Assembly (NCBI GenBank): GCA_964019335.1
Contig: OZ025714.1
Location: forward strand, 433,901-497,900
Direction of reading: 5' to 3'
DNA: 64,000 nucleotides
From: Diplonema japonicum
Taxonomy: Eukaryota > Protista > Euglenozoa: Diplonemea
Shown in pieces: positions 1 through 10,104 of this stretch. How positions within the stretch are numbered: the first letter of the stretch is position 1; every line of letters starts with the position of its first letter. Below the pieces are notes generated by a model that saw only the letters and a program-made list of their open reading frames with translations, ran no database searches and was not told the DNA's origin. Made by a program: the position numbers and the translations under genes.

Positions 1-2406
1 CGACATCGACATGTCCATCGTGAAGCTCGACGTGCCGCCCTGCCGCGAGGCCGCCCGCAGGGTTTCGTCCAGCGTGAGGACCTCCTCCCATGACCAGTTG
101 TACCTTGCGATGTTCGGGTGGTCCAGCGACGCGTGCAGCGAGGCCTCCCTTTTGATCTTGTCGTTCTCCTCCTTCGCTGCAGGATTCCCCACCTCGTTCT
201 TCAGCTTGATTTTCTTCACAGCGTACCTCTTCTTGTCTGTCTTATTCTCCGCCAGCCACACAGACCCGTAACCTCCCGCACCTATGTTGTACAGCTCGTC
301 ATAGTTCTGCTTGTAGGTCGAGTTCTCGCCCATCTCGGCCACCGTCGTTGCTGTTGTGGTCGCTGTGGTGACAGAAGAGGCTGTGTGCTCCTCGGCAACG
401 AGGTCCTCAGGGGCTGCCTTTCGGCGCTTAAGGGTCTTCCTTTTCACCTTGCGCTTAGGGGTGGCGCTCCTATCGCTGGAAGAGGACTCGCTGGCGCTGT
501 CCCAGCTGGCGTCACTGTCGTCGTTCTTTGGTGCGCAGAAAAGCCTGTCGCCCAGCTTCCCGCCAGACGATGATGACCCCGACGACTCAGACCCTGACTC
601 CTCGGACTGTGCTCCCTCCCTCTGCTTGTGCAGCAAATCCTTGGACCTCGACCCAGACGCTGATGTGGACTCAGACCCCGACCCCGACCCCGACCGTGAT
701 TTTAATCTCGACCCCGACCCCGACCGTGACCCTGATGCTGACGCCTGCTTAGTAAAGACTCTGTCCCCCAGGCGCTGCACTGACGAGGACGAAGACGAGT
801 CACCTTCCTCCTCACCTGCAGACCCTTCTTCCTCCCCACCGGTTTCAGCACGCCCGACGGAAGCCAGCTTCGTGTACTCCGGCTTTTCTTCAGACACATC
901 AGACTGACACTCTCCACCCTCGCTCTCTGCACCCGCTATGCTGCTTACGGCAGCGCTGTTCATTCTCGACAGGGAGCCACTCCTCTCTCCTGTTGTGCCC
1001 TTCTTTTCATACTGCACAACATCCATCGGCACGTCGACGATGTCCAAGTCCCCTGTCGACGTGTACTCCGTGAGAGACAGCTTGGGGGCAGGTGCAGGTG
1101 CAGGGGGCGCTGCGGCCTTCGGTACCTGCCTTCTGAACAGGTTGGATGCATTGTTAACACGCAACACAAAGGCGACAATGAGTGCCAAGGCCGCACTGAG
1201 GAAACCACCGATGTACAGCAACACGGCGTTAGCAGTGATGCCCAGTCCCTTGGGGTCCGTCTCGGTAGTGTTAGTGGTGGAGGGCTGTTGAGGTACCCAC
1301 TCGATGGAGGGGAGCTCCTTGGCGTCCTTTTCTTGAATGACGAGAGGTGCGTACTTCCAGTCCCCAGCGCCTATGAGCCGTGTTTCAAGTGCCTCTGCCC
1401 CGTCTGCCCCGTCGAACTCGAGCAGCCCCGTTGCGCTGCTCATAAGGGTGTTGAAGGACACCTGGTTGATGTTGCTGCTGCCGCTGCTCACGCCGATTTG
1501 CAGGAACGGTGAGCCGCCAATCTCGTTGGTACAGGCCTCGGGTGCGTCACGTGCTTCCGCCATCTTCATGAGGGTCCCGTAGGAGGTTTGGCCCCTTTTG
1601 GGGGCTCTGGAGAGGGAGAGCTGCAGCTCGGTGACGACGCCGTCGACGACGCGGTAGAGCTTGACGGGAGAGATGCTGAGGTTTGTCTCCCAAAGGATGT
1701 CACTGGTGGCCTCGTCGATGGCGTAAGCACGCCCGTCGACAGTGACGATGAGCTTGGGGACGATGTGCGAGGTGCGGTGGGGTGCCATGCCGTGCAAAGA
1801 GGGGAAGACCTGGATGTTGCCCACAGTCTGCACAGACTCAGTGTTCTCGTCAGGTTTGCGGACCTTCAGAGTGATGTCATGGCGTATAATATTAACAGTG
1901 CTGAAGGGGTTGGGACTGCCCCTGCTGTCATAACCTGTTACGTAGTCGATAACGTACTCACGAATCTGCTTGGAGGCGAGGAACATGTTTGAAGGAGGGA
2001 CACCCACTAGCTCGTCTAGTTTGCCTTGGCGATGGAGGCTGCCGCCTTGCCGTGTGTAGAAGTCCACACTCTGCGCCTCGGTGACTGGCTCGTCACGAGA
2101 ACAGGTTTTGAACGCAGGAATAAACTGCGGTTCTCCTTTCACCATAGTCACAAGGTCTCCACCTGTTTCTATGCTCCATGCTTTATGCCCCGTCCACCCT
2201 GCCAGCCCCGTCACTGACCCATCACTCCCTGCCACGATGAATGTCACCTGCTTCCTCGTCTGGTCTTGCAGCTCCATCATTTCTGGAAACGGTGCGCTTC
2301 CTTGCACGCCTTGCATCACAAGCGCCATGACCAAGCACAAAATAAGCCTTCTAGTTCTTGTCACACTTCGTTCTATTTCTAAATTTAGCAGACCTCTACC
2401 GTTCAT
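1..2406 (-). CDS. PERK-like transmembrane eIF2-alpha kinase (3' end runs off the window)
   Basis: Manual translation; absent from the ORF track because there is no stop in the window. Signal-like RRLILCLVMALVMQGVQG. IRE1/PERK-like luminal motifs FIVAGSDGSVTGLAGWTGHKAWSIETGG and MFLASKQIREYVIDYVTG. TM segment near 1160-1250. Kinase N-lobe IGAGGYGSV..YAVKKI..REASLHASLDHPNIARYNWSW, typical of the PEK family. Confidence 0.8.
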   Translation of the reverse strand, partial: MNGRGLLNLEIERSVTRTRRLILCLVMALVMQGVQGSAPFPEMMELQDQTRKQVTFIVAGSDGSVTGLAGWTGHKAWSIETGGDLVTMVKGEPQFIPAFKTCSRDEPVTEAQSVDFYTRQGGSLHRQGKLDELVGVPPSNMFLASKQIREYVIDYVTGYDSRGSPNPFSTVNIIRHDITLKVRKPDENTESVQTVGNIQVFPSLHGMAPHRTSHIVPKLIVTVDGRAYAIDEATSDILWETNLSISPVKLYRVVDGVVTELQLSLSRAPKRGQTSYGTLMKMAEARDAPEACTNEIGGSPFLQIGVSSGSSNINQVSFNTLMSSATGLLEFDGADGAEALETRLIGAGDWKYAPLVIQEKDAKELPSIEWVPQQPSTTNTTETDPKGLGITANAVLLYIGGFLSAALALIVAFVLRVNNASNLFRRQVPKAAAPPAPAPAPKLSLTEYTSTGDLDIVDVPMDVVQYEKKGTTGERSGSLSRMNSAAVSSIAGAESEGGECQSDVSEEKPEYTKLASVGRAETGGEEEGSAGEEEGDSSSSSSVQRLGDRVFTKQASASGSRSGSGSRLKSRSGSGSGSESTSASGSRSKDLLHKQREGAQSEESGSESSGSSSSGGKLGDRLFCAPKNDDSDASWDSASESSSSDRSATPKRKVKRKTLKRRKAAPEDLVAEEHTASSVTTATTTATTVAEMGENSTYKQNYDELYNIGAGGYGSVWLAENKTDKKRYAVKKIKLKNEVGNPAAKEENDKIKREASLHASLDHPNIARYNWSWEEVLTLDETLRAASRQGGTSSFTMDMSMS

Positions 2407-2743
2407 GTGGGAGGTGCACAGCTAAACACTGAAAAGAAAAGGGGGATAGGGGGGGTGGGATGAAAGGGGGCTCAACGTTTATAGGATCCGCCCTTTTTGT
2501 CTTTTGTTTTATGTTCTCTTTTTTTTCTCTCTTGTTTTTTTGTCCTTTTTTTTTTTTTAACGTGCCGAGGGTGCTGGTTTTATGCCATGCAGACTCGCTA
2601 CTTGCAATGTTTGTGTGATAGTGTCGCACTGTGCGGGGTTATTTTCCTTTTCTTTTTACCCTTTTTGTTGTGTTCTCCCTGTGATAAAATATTTCAAATA
2701 ATTGTGGAATAAAAAGGGGGGGATAAATAAAATGCCCGAAACT

Positions 2744-3895
2744 TCATTTTCTCCTTTTTGACTTCCTATCGCTTTGATGGGATTTGCTTCTCTTCTCCTT
2801 TTTTCTGCGTTGCTTGTCTCTACCGCGAGAGGACTCAGACGACGAATACCCTCCGAGCGCAGCAAGAATAGCGGTCCTGGCAGTATTCTCTTTAGGTGGA
2901 GGAGGGGGTTTGGGGGCAGGAGGGTTGCTAGCAGATGAAAGCTTCTTCTGACAGGCTGAAAGGTATTTCACAGCATTTTTATGATCGGGGTCCTGTCTGA
3001 GAGCGGCCTTGAAATCCTTGATGGCCTCTGTGAAGTTCGACATGTTTGCATGAGCAGCGCCCCTCCCCACGAAGGCATCCGCGTTCTCCGGGTTGTAACT
3101 GATCGCTTGGTTGTAGTGGTTGATGGCTTCCTTGCAGTTCCCCATTTTGGTTAACCGGACGCCTTTGACTACGTTTTCATCGCTGTAGGCGACGTGCTGC
3201 TCTCTTCGGAGTTCCCTATAAGACTGTCTCGGTGTGCTCGTCAGTCTCGTGCACATGCTGCCCAGGTCAACACCTAGGCACTCGGCCATCGTTGCTGCGC
3301 CATACGGGTTCTGCAAGGCGCGGTCCTTGAGCATTGCTTCTGTGACGTCGATGGTCTTGTCCCCACCCCACCATGCCACACGCAGAGGAGTAGAGTGTGG
3401 TGGGTCATCAGCGCGTACTTCGTACTCGTTACATCTACCTAAAGGGACAGCCCGGGAGCTGTGCTTTCCGAAAGCTGTGGCGGAGTTGATTGTAACGAGC
3501 ATGTCCTCCTTCCTGACGAGGACGCCTCTTATGTAATCCCCATCGTCGTATCTTCTCCGTATTGTGTCTTCTTCTTCTCGTAGCATTTTGAGTTTCATGT
3601 GCAATGCGTCCAGCTCGCAGCCCCATTCGTACTGCCTTAGCTTTTTCGTCTCGACATCCCATCCTGCCATTCCGCACAGCCGCACCTCGGCGTTTTTCAC
3701 CACTCCATACACCACATCACCCACCCTCACCTTTTCCCGCACGATCTGCGCTGTCACTACACCATGCACTTCCTTCCCCTCTAGACATCTCACTGTCGGT
3801 ATGTTGCACACTCCCTCCATGGGCCTCCCGTACCGCGGTGTCAACTCCTTGCATCGTTGTATCTCTGCGGCAAGGTGCTCGCGGCGTGATGGCAT
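2744..3895 (-). CDS. TPR protein, TTC14-like
   Basis: 383-aa ORF with TPRs (AINHYNQAISYNPENADAFVGRGAA..AIKDFKAAL), a basic Ser/Lys C-tail and a possible S1-like N-terminal part. Confidence 0.7.
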   Translation of the reverse strand: MPSRREHLAAEIQRCKELTPRYGRPMEGVCNIPTVRCLEGKEVHGVVTAQIVREKVRVGDVVYGVVKNAEVRLCGMAGWDVETKKLRQYEWGCELDALHMKLKMLREEEDTIRRRYDDGDYIRGVLVRKEDMLVTINSATAFGKHSSRAVPLGRCNEYEVRADDPPHSTPLRVAWWGGDKTIDVTEAMLKDRALQNPYGAATMAECLGVDLGSMCTRLTSTPRQSYRELRREQHVAYSDENVVKGVRLTKMGNCKEAINHYNQAISYNPENADAFVGRGAAHANMSNFTEAIKDFKAALRQDPDHKNAVKYLSACQKKLSSASNPPAPKPPPPPKENTARTAILAALGGYSSSESSRGRDKQRRKKEKRSKSHQSDRKSKRRK

Positions 3896-3950
3896 CTACA
3901 AGTGCCTGTGGTGTGGTGGTAAGCAGTGAAGCATTAGAATGAAAGTCTGC

Positions 3951-6900
3951 TCACGACGAGGAGGACGTCTCGTCGGACGAAGTGAGGTTCTCGGCATCTA
4001 ATCGCTGCTGTGCAGCAGGCCCGCCACGTGCTTTGGGTGCTCCAGAGCGAAGTCGCTTCCTCGTCATGAGCCGTTTTTCAGATTCGCTGGAATCTGATGA
4101 TGTGTTTGAGGACGTGCTGCTTGAACTGCTTGTGCTGCTTGTGTCGCTGCTGGTTTCTGACGATGCACGCCTCTTCCTTCTTTTCGCGGGTTTCTTTTTC
4201 TTCTTTTTGGTGTCCCCTTCGTACGCTGCTTCCAGCAGTGCCTTCTCTTCAATTAGCCTACCCAAGCGGGCTGCCGTCACTTCCCACAGCTCTTCGGGGA
4301 TCTTGTCGTCATCGTCTATCTCCTCCAGCAGGCTGTGCGTGTCCTCAAGAAGCCCCTTGATCCCAGCAAACATATTTTTCAGATACCCCGTCCCTGCCAC
4401 GGTGGTCACGTCCCCAGCACGCAGCGTCCTTTTCCCATCCTCGACGTTCTCACGGTACTTTTTCAGCTGCTTTGTTGTGATTGAGAACTTCTGCTTCAAT
4501 GCACCTTGGATTAGCAGCCCCATTACACATCCGACCATGCTGAGGTAACTTGCGGGGGATTGGTCATCAGGGCATGAGATGAACTCTTCGGCAGAGAGCT
4601 CCGCATGGGTCACCACCCCGTTCAAGAGGTGGTACACTTCGAACTGCTTTGTGTACGGCAGGGACACGATTACCTCTGCTACGTACCGCAGTGCGTGAAC
4701 GGAGTGCAGCAGAGGCCCGCTGCCCAGATCCTTTCCATTGCTCAGCAGCCGCACCAACTGGCCCACAAGACCCCTCACTTCATGTTTCGTTGTGTTAGCT
4801 GAGATGACCTTGTAGAGAGATGCGAACACAGAAGCACCGCTTGCGTCCATCCCTCGGATTTCGTACTGTGTGCGTCCCAGCCCCTTCAACGCCATGACGT
4901 AGCCTGAACCAAGTCCAAGAGAAATTCTGGACAGCACTTCTGTGGGAAAGCGCTTGATCATTGCTGCTAACAAGGCCTCTGCTGCATTCCCGTGCACCGG
5001 ATCTGCACTCAGCGCCGTTAGAACGGAGGAGACAATTATAGGCGATGTGAGCCCGCATTCTGACACGATGAGGACGAACTTTGCAGCAGCCGTCCTTGTT
5101 CCGCGGTGTTCCTCGCTGATGCAGCACTTCATAGCCTGCGGTAAGTACTGTTGCGCGAGCTCACATCCCATTCCGCTATCCACTTCCTGCTCATTGAGGC
5201 CTGCTTGGGCAGTTGCACGAGACTCCTCCACAATAAAGTAACTAAGCCCTTCGAAGACCTGCTGTGCCAACACACTGTGTTCCTGTGCTGCTTTCGTGAA
5301 CATTTTCTCATTCTTCCTGAACTGCTCACGTGGCTGATGCACGCACAACGCCAACCTGCATCGCAGGCACACACCCTTGATTATCATCTCGTGTGCAGGA
5401 GCGACAGTCACCTTGTTCATCTTGTTCAACACAGCTTGCGTTTTTTTAAGAGCTTTCGTACCCTGCGGGTAACTAAGCCAAGGGTAGAACCTGACAAGCT
5501 CTGTAACTATGAAGAGGTTCTTGCCCAGCAACCTGTGCTTAGTGTTTGAGGTGAGGAGAGGTTTTTTAACATCAGAACTGGCAGAGCCAGAGGTGTCAGA
5601 GTCGGAGCCGGAGCCAGAGCTACAACTAGAGTCATCGGGAGCGATGCCTGTGTCGTGTAGGGTAGGCACGAGGTCGTCGATGCACTTTCTGAGGAGGTCC
5701 AACAGCATCTTGTGGAGGGCCTCAGAAAGCGGTTGGTTTCTAAAGGCTTCGGTCCCATCATTGGCAGCAACGCAACACAAGGCTTTTACACTCACTGCAA
5801 GCAGCGCTTGGCTGCCACAGTTGTCCATGATAGCAAACAGTGGAATACCGAGCACTCTGTTCATCTCATCATCATTCACTACCTTCTCCTCTCGTGTTAC
5901 TTTGCATGCGTAGGTCAGCGCTGATGCAACGTGGTACGTCACACCGATGCTACTCGACAGCAGCTTACCTAACAAAACAAGGTCTGCATACGTGTCGACA
6001 ACACTGCCGTCCACCACGCACACTGCATGCACGATAGCTGCGGCGTCAAGTTCCATGCTGTGCTTGCACGCTGCGTCCACCGCTGTGTCGAATAAATGCT
6101 TTAGTTGCTCATGTGTCGCCGCTGACCTCAGCACAGAAATCAGCGTGCTGTCATGCGACAGCTCGAATATCTCGCTAGGGATGCCCGCCCTGAGCAGCCC
6201 CGCCACCTCTTGGATCACCCGCTCGTGGGGCACGTCGTTGCCCAGCCACATCGACGAGATCAGCGACGTGAGATCTGTCTTGAGCCTTCCCTCCTGCGCG
6301 GAGGCCACGTTCCTGAGGAGAGGTGCCAGCGCCGTGAAGATGTTGTGCAAGATCTGTACACGTATCTTAGACACCGACTGCAAGATCACTTCGTTCAGCA
6401 GCCCAAGGACTTTCCTGACTACGACAAAACTCTTTTCCCTGCTCAGTAAAGACAGAAGTTCTTTAACCGCCACCATCGACGTCCCCTCCGCAGGTTTACC
6501 TATCACCTCCCTCACGATAGGCACAAGCTCTAGTGCCGACTCCCTTACCAGTGGAGATGATTGGCAAAGCGCTTGCCGCAGGAGCGCCGCTGCGACGCCT
6601 GCAAGGCTCTTGTCCATGCGCAACATGGATGAGATCATCTTCACTGATTGTCGCTTGCACGCAACGTTGGATTCACCCTTGGAGAGAAGGATCTTTACCA
6701 ACACCTTAAGCACCTGCGATGGATCTGTCTTGAACACGGTGCACGACAGCGTTCCTATGGCTGCTATGGACAACTCTTCCAGAAGATCATCGGACACCAC
6801 AGGTAGCTCATCCTCTTCATTAATTTGAACACCTTGCGTGTCCAAGATGCAACTCACAATATTTTTAGACGACATTGTTGCTGCCTGTGAAGTCATGAAG

Positions 6901-8522
6901 AGCCGGTGTACAGTTGTCTCTGCTGACAGTGTCTGGAACCTGGCAACTGCATTCTGAATGCGCTCTTTCTGCGACACGAGAAGCCTCCCGATGATGCCCA
7001 TGGACGTGATGGCGACCGACTTTCGAGCATTCGCAGCAAGCCCCTTGGACTCAGAAGCCTCAAGAACTGATTTTGCAAGGTTTACCTGCAGCACTGAGAG
7101 GACAAGCGCCGGTGCTGGTGTGTGGTGGTAGCGTGCTGCGTCGCACAGGTCGGAGGTGAGGCGGGTTACCAGCTCCGTGACGCGTATGCGGTCGGTCTTC
7201 TCTTTGATAAAGGAGAGCGTGAACACCACGTTGAACAGGCTCTGCAGCACACCAGCAAGCACCGTCTGCATGGTGAGATACGCACGGTTGGTGCCTTTGT
7301 GGCACAGTGTTTCACAAATAACTAAAAGCACAGAGGTCAAAGGCGCTAGTTTGACATCAGCAATCATAGCAACGCCCTTGCCGGGGGGTGGGACGCTCTT
7401 GACTGCGTGCTGTGTGATGTCCTCCGCAAGCACAGCGCGGATGCTTTGATGGGTTTTGATAATCTTCGAGAACAGCGCGAGGCAGGGGATGGCGCACGGT
7501 GTGCAGCCGAAGACCTCCTTCATGATGACGCTCGTCATGCGTGCAGCGTGATAGTCGTTGATACCTCGCAGCCCTGCATAGTGGTTGATGGCGTCGAAGA
7601 AGGAGCGCATGAAAGCGTCGGGTTTACCCTCCTTGCTGACAGAAACGGCTAACTGGTAGACTGCATCAATGGCCTCTAAGGCACCTTGCACCTCCAAAGG
7701 CAGGGAGAGCAGAACGAGCACAATTGATGCATGGGCCAGCTTCTGGGAAAGGTTTGTTGTTTTGATGGACGTGATAGTGGTGAAGGTTTCGCGTGCCTTC
7801 AGGATGTCAGCTTCGGTGTGTGCGAGCGTGTCGATCGACACCCTGAGCTGCTTGAGAACGCTGAACACACGCCGAGGCGACGCAAGAGTTTTCGGTTTTA
7901 CAAGCAGCTCTAAAAAGTCGCTCAGTGTCACCGTTTTGGAACAAGTCTCTTCCTCGTCTGAGGAGTCGGATGTCTGACTGAACGTGTCTGTCGTGTGGTC
8001 GAGCATCTCCCGGAATACGGGTTTTGCGGCAGGGGTTTGCTGGCCTACTCTTTTCTTCTGTAAGTCGAGTTCGTGCTTGTCGCTTCGAAGGGTCACGATG
8101 GACTGCAGCTTCTGATCTGCGTTAGTGACGAGGTAGTTTTGGATCCTGTCGCATAACCGACTGCCGCTTGTGGGCTCATAGGAAGGGAATTTCAACATCC
8201 TGTTCAGGACGTACTTCCTGAGTCCTGTGTCACACAGCTTACCACACAACGTGCTGACATTCACACTCTGGTCGGTGGTGTCGGTGTCGCTCTCATCAGA
8301 GGACTCGCATGGCACAGGCGGCATCCACTCCTCCAGCACCCCGTCAAGGAAGTATTCATGGAAGACACCTTCTTCTGCCAGTGGATCGAAGAGCTCGTCG
8401 TATGGCAACGGCGGAGCCACCCAAGGCGGCGGTTGATCCCACTCCTGCTTCACAACCATCTCGGGCGACCACTCCTCGTCCAGGTCGAGGCATAGGCTAA
8501 AGGTGTTCGTGGTCCCCGACAT
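3951..8522 (-). CDS. SCC2: Cohesin loader SCC2/Nipped-B (HEAT-repeat protein)
   Basis: 1523 aa. SPLVRESALELV..VVRKVL matches the cohesin-loader HEAT motif; DSGMGCELAQQYL and GLTSP match the Nipped-B C-terminal domain. Confidence 0.75.
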   Translation of the reverse strand: MSGTTNTFSLCLDLDEEWSPEMVVKQEWDQPPPWVAPPLPYDELFDPLAEEGVFHEYFLDGVLEEWMPPVPCESSDESDTDTTDQSVNVSTLCGKLCDTGLRKYVLNRMLKFPSYEPTSGSRLCDRIQNYLVTNADQKLQSIVTLRSDKHELDLQKKRVGQQTPAAKPVFREMLDHTTDTFSQTSDSSDEEETCSKTVTLSDFLELLVKPKTLASPRRVFSVLKQLRVSIDTLAHTEADILKARETFTTITSIKTTNLSQKLAHASIVLVLLSLPLEVQGALEAIDAVYQLAVSVSKEGKPDAFMRSFFDAINHYAGLRGINDYHAARMTSVIMKEVFGCTPCAIPCLALFSKIIKTHQSIRAVLAEDITQHAVKSVPPPGKGVAMIADVKLAPLTSVLLVICETLCHKGTNRAYLTMQTVLAGVLQSLFNVVFTLSFIKEKTDRIRVTELVTRLTSDLCDAARYHHTPAPALVLSVLQVNLAKSVLEASESKGLAANARKSVAITSMGIIGRLLVSQKERIQNAVARFQTLSAETTVHRLFMTSQAATMSSKNIVSCILDTQGVQINEEDELPVVSDDLLEELSIAAIGTLSCTVFKTDPSQVLKVLVKILLSKGESNVACKRQSVKMISSMLRMDKSLAGVAAALLRQALCQSSPLVRESALELVPIVREVIGKPAEGTSMVAVKELLSLLSREKSFVVVRKVLGLLNEVILQSVSKIRVQILHNIFTALAPLLRNVASAQEGRLKTDLTSLISSMWLGNDVPHERVIQEVAGLLRAGIPSEIFELSHDSTLISVLRSAATHEQLKHLFDTAVDAACKHSMELDAAAIVHAVCVVDGSVVDTYADLVLLGKLLSSSIGVTYHVASALTYACKVTREEKVVNDDEMNRVLGIPLFAIMDNCGSQALLAVSVKALCCVAANDGTEAFRNQPLSEALHKMLLDLLRKCIDDLVPTLHDTGIAPDDSSCSSGSGSDSDTSGSASSDVKKPLLTSNTKHRLLGKNLFIVTELVRFYPWLSYPQGTKALKKTQAVLNKMNKVTVAPAHEMIIKGVCLRCRLALCVHQPREQFRKNEKMFTKAAQEHSVLAQQVFEGLSYFIVEESRATAQAGLNEQEVDSGMGCELAQQYLPQAMKCCISEEHRGTRTAAAKFVLIVSECGLTSPIIVSSVLTALSADPVHGNAAEALLAAMIKRFPTEVLSRISLGLGSGYVMALKGLGRTQYEIRGMDASGASVFASLYKVISANTTKHEVRGLVGQLVRLLSNGKDLGSGPLLHSVHALRYVAEVIVSLPYTKQFEVYHLLNGVVTHAELSAEEFISCPDDQSPASYLSMVGCVMGLLIQGALKQKFSITTKQLKKYRENVEDGKRTLRAGDVTTVAGTGYLKNMFAGIKGLLEDTHSLLEEIDDDDKIPEELWEVTAARLGRLIEEKALLEAAYEGDTKKKKKKPAKRRKRRASSETSSDTSSTSSSSSTSSNTSSDSSESEKRLMTRKRLRSGAPKARGGPAAQQRLDAENLTSSDETSSSS

Positions 8523-8574
8523 CCTCCTGTGGTGCTTGGCTATGACAAAGAGTAGTATTATTTTCTATAATAAT

Positions 8575-9960
8575 AACAAATTTGATAAATTTCGGTGTGC
8601 GGGTGGGTGCTCACCGTTCAGGGAGAAATTCACACTAATCAGTCACCGTTCTGCGGTTGCTGTCTGGTGCCTGCGGTGGCTGTTTGTCGCGATGAGATGG
8701 ACGGCATCTGGGCGAGAAACATTGCTTGGAGTCGTGCTAGGTAGGGGGCGGTTTGGCTCGAGAAGAAGAGTAGTCTCCTGTCGTAGCCGTGTGCCGTCGG
8801 GCCCCCAAGATGTCGAAGGGTGTGTACCCTTGTCTTTGCGTTGGCGGGGAAAGCATTCTTCCTTGTTGGCGTCTCGTCTTGTCACGACATCCAACAGGTA
8901 TCGTTGCACGACTGCCGCCTGTTGCTTCGCAGCCCCCGTTGCGCCCCTTGGAATGATCCCGTGGAGGGCGGTCATTGCAGGTAGGTAGGGCAGCTCTCGC
9001 TGGTGCACATTCCCACAGGGCGTGCTCCGTGACTTCTGTCGTCGTCTGGCATCGATGGTCGCAGACGTCGCACGCAAGAGACGAGCTTTCCACACCCTCA
9101 CGTTCATCCAATTGCTTCCCCCACACTCGAGGGTGTACCGTGAACACTGCACCGCTGATGATCCGCCGCAGTCTGTACGATATCAGCGGTCTCCGTGACT
9201 GGAGCTTCCTCCACCAGGCGTTCGTGGACGGACATGCACCCGCTTCCATTCCAGCAAAAGACGACCTGCCGTGGATCAATTCCTTTGCAACAGCCGGTCT
9301 GATCGCCTGTCTTACTTCATGGCGTCTCGCACTGGGCACCAGAGCGCGCAAACCTTCAATGAAGGACCACCCCTTCTTCAGGAAGGGTAGCCACCTCTTC
9401 AGCAAGACCCCTAACGGCCCCCTCTCCTCGTCGTCCTCTCGCTCCCGGTACAGTGTAACAATCTCATTGACTCGCTACCACAGCTGTGGGGAGGTGAGGC
9501 TTTCTCGCACCAGGCAGTTCACCGTGTTGTAAACAATCTTCGCTTGTGGATATGCTGTGTGTCCAGGTAACAGCACATTGAGCACAGCCATCGGGGATCT
9601 CATCCTGAAGCGCGGTCCCCACAGGGAAGTCACCGTCGCTGTACAGAGCTTCTTCAGCTGGTTGTCAGACGGCGCAGCGTAGGTCGTACCGTATAGACAG
9701 GATGGTAGCACAGTGCCCGTCAGCATTGACGCCTTGTTCCCGAAGCTTAATGGCAAACGACACCGCCTCGAAGAAGCACTCTCCCTGCCTTCTTCCGGTG
9801 TCTATCACCTTCCAACCTGGCTAGATCCTGCACCGCTTCCCTCGTCTTCGGCCTGGTGGATTCGCCGGACTTCCCCTTATGAGAGGAAGCCCGCCCAGGA
9901 ACCGCCGTCGTGGAGGCTCCACCTCGGCCTTGCGGTGGCATTTTTGTCGTCGTGACTTTT
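8575..9960 (-). mobile_element. 5'-truncated, frameshifted non-LTR retrotransposon (post-RT region, zinc knuckle and 3' end)
   Basis: Broken frames give LPLSFGNKASMLTGTVLPSCLYG (post-RT) and CDVC..EVTEHALWEC (CCHC/zf-RVT-like). The 3' ~280 bp recurs at 62754-63029. Confidence 0.7.
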
Positions 9961-9988
9961 GATTATCCGAACCCAGTGTTCCCAAAAA

Positions 9989-10025
<37 letters not shown>

Positions 10026-10104
10026 AAAAAAAAAAAAGGCGGCGTTAGTAAGCCAAGCTTTTTCTCTTTTCTTTCCCTTTTTTGTTCTACAGCATTGACT
10101 GGAA

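Noticed and set aside
9985-10037. Poly-A tail of the retroelement
   Set aside because: It lies at the element's 5' side and reads poly-T on its coding strand; an ordinary intergenic tract.
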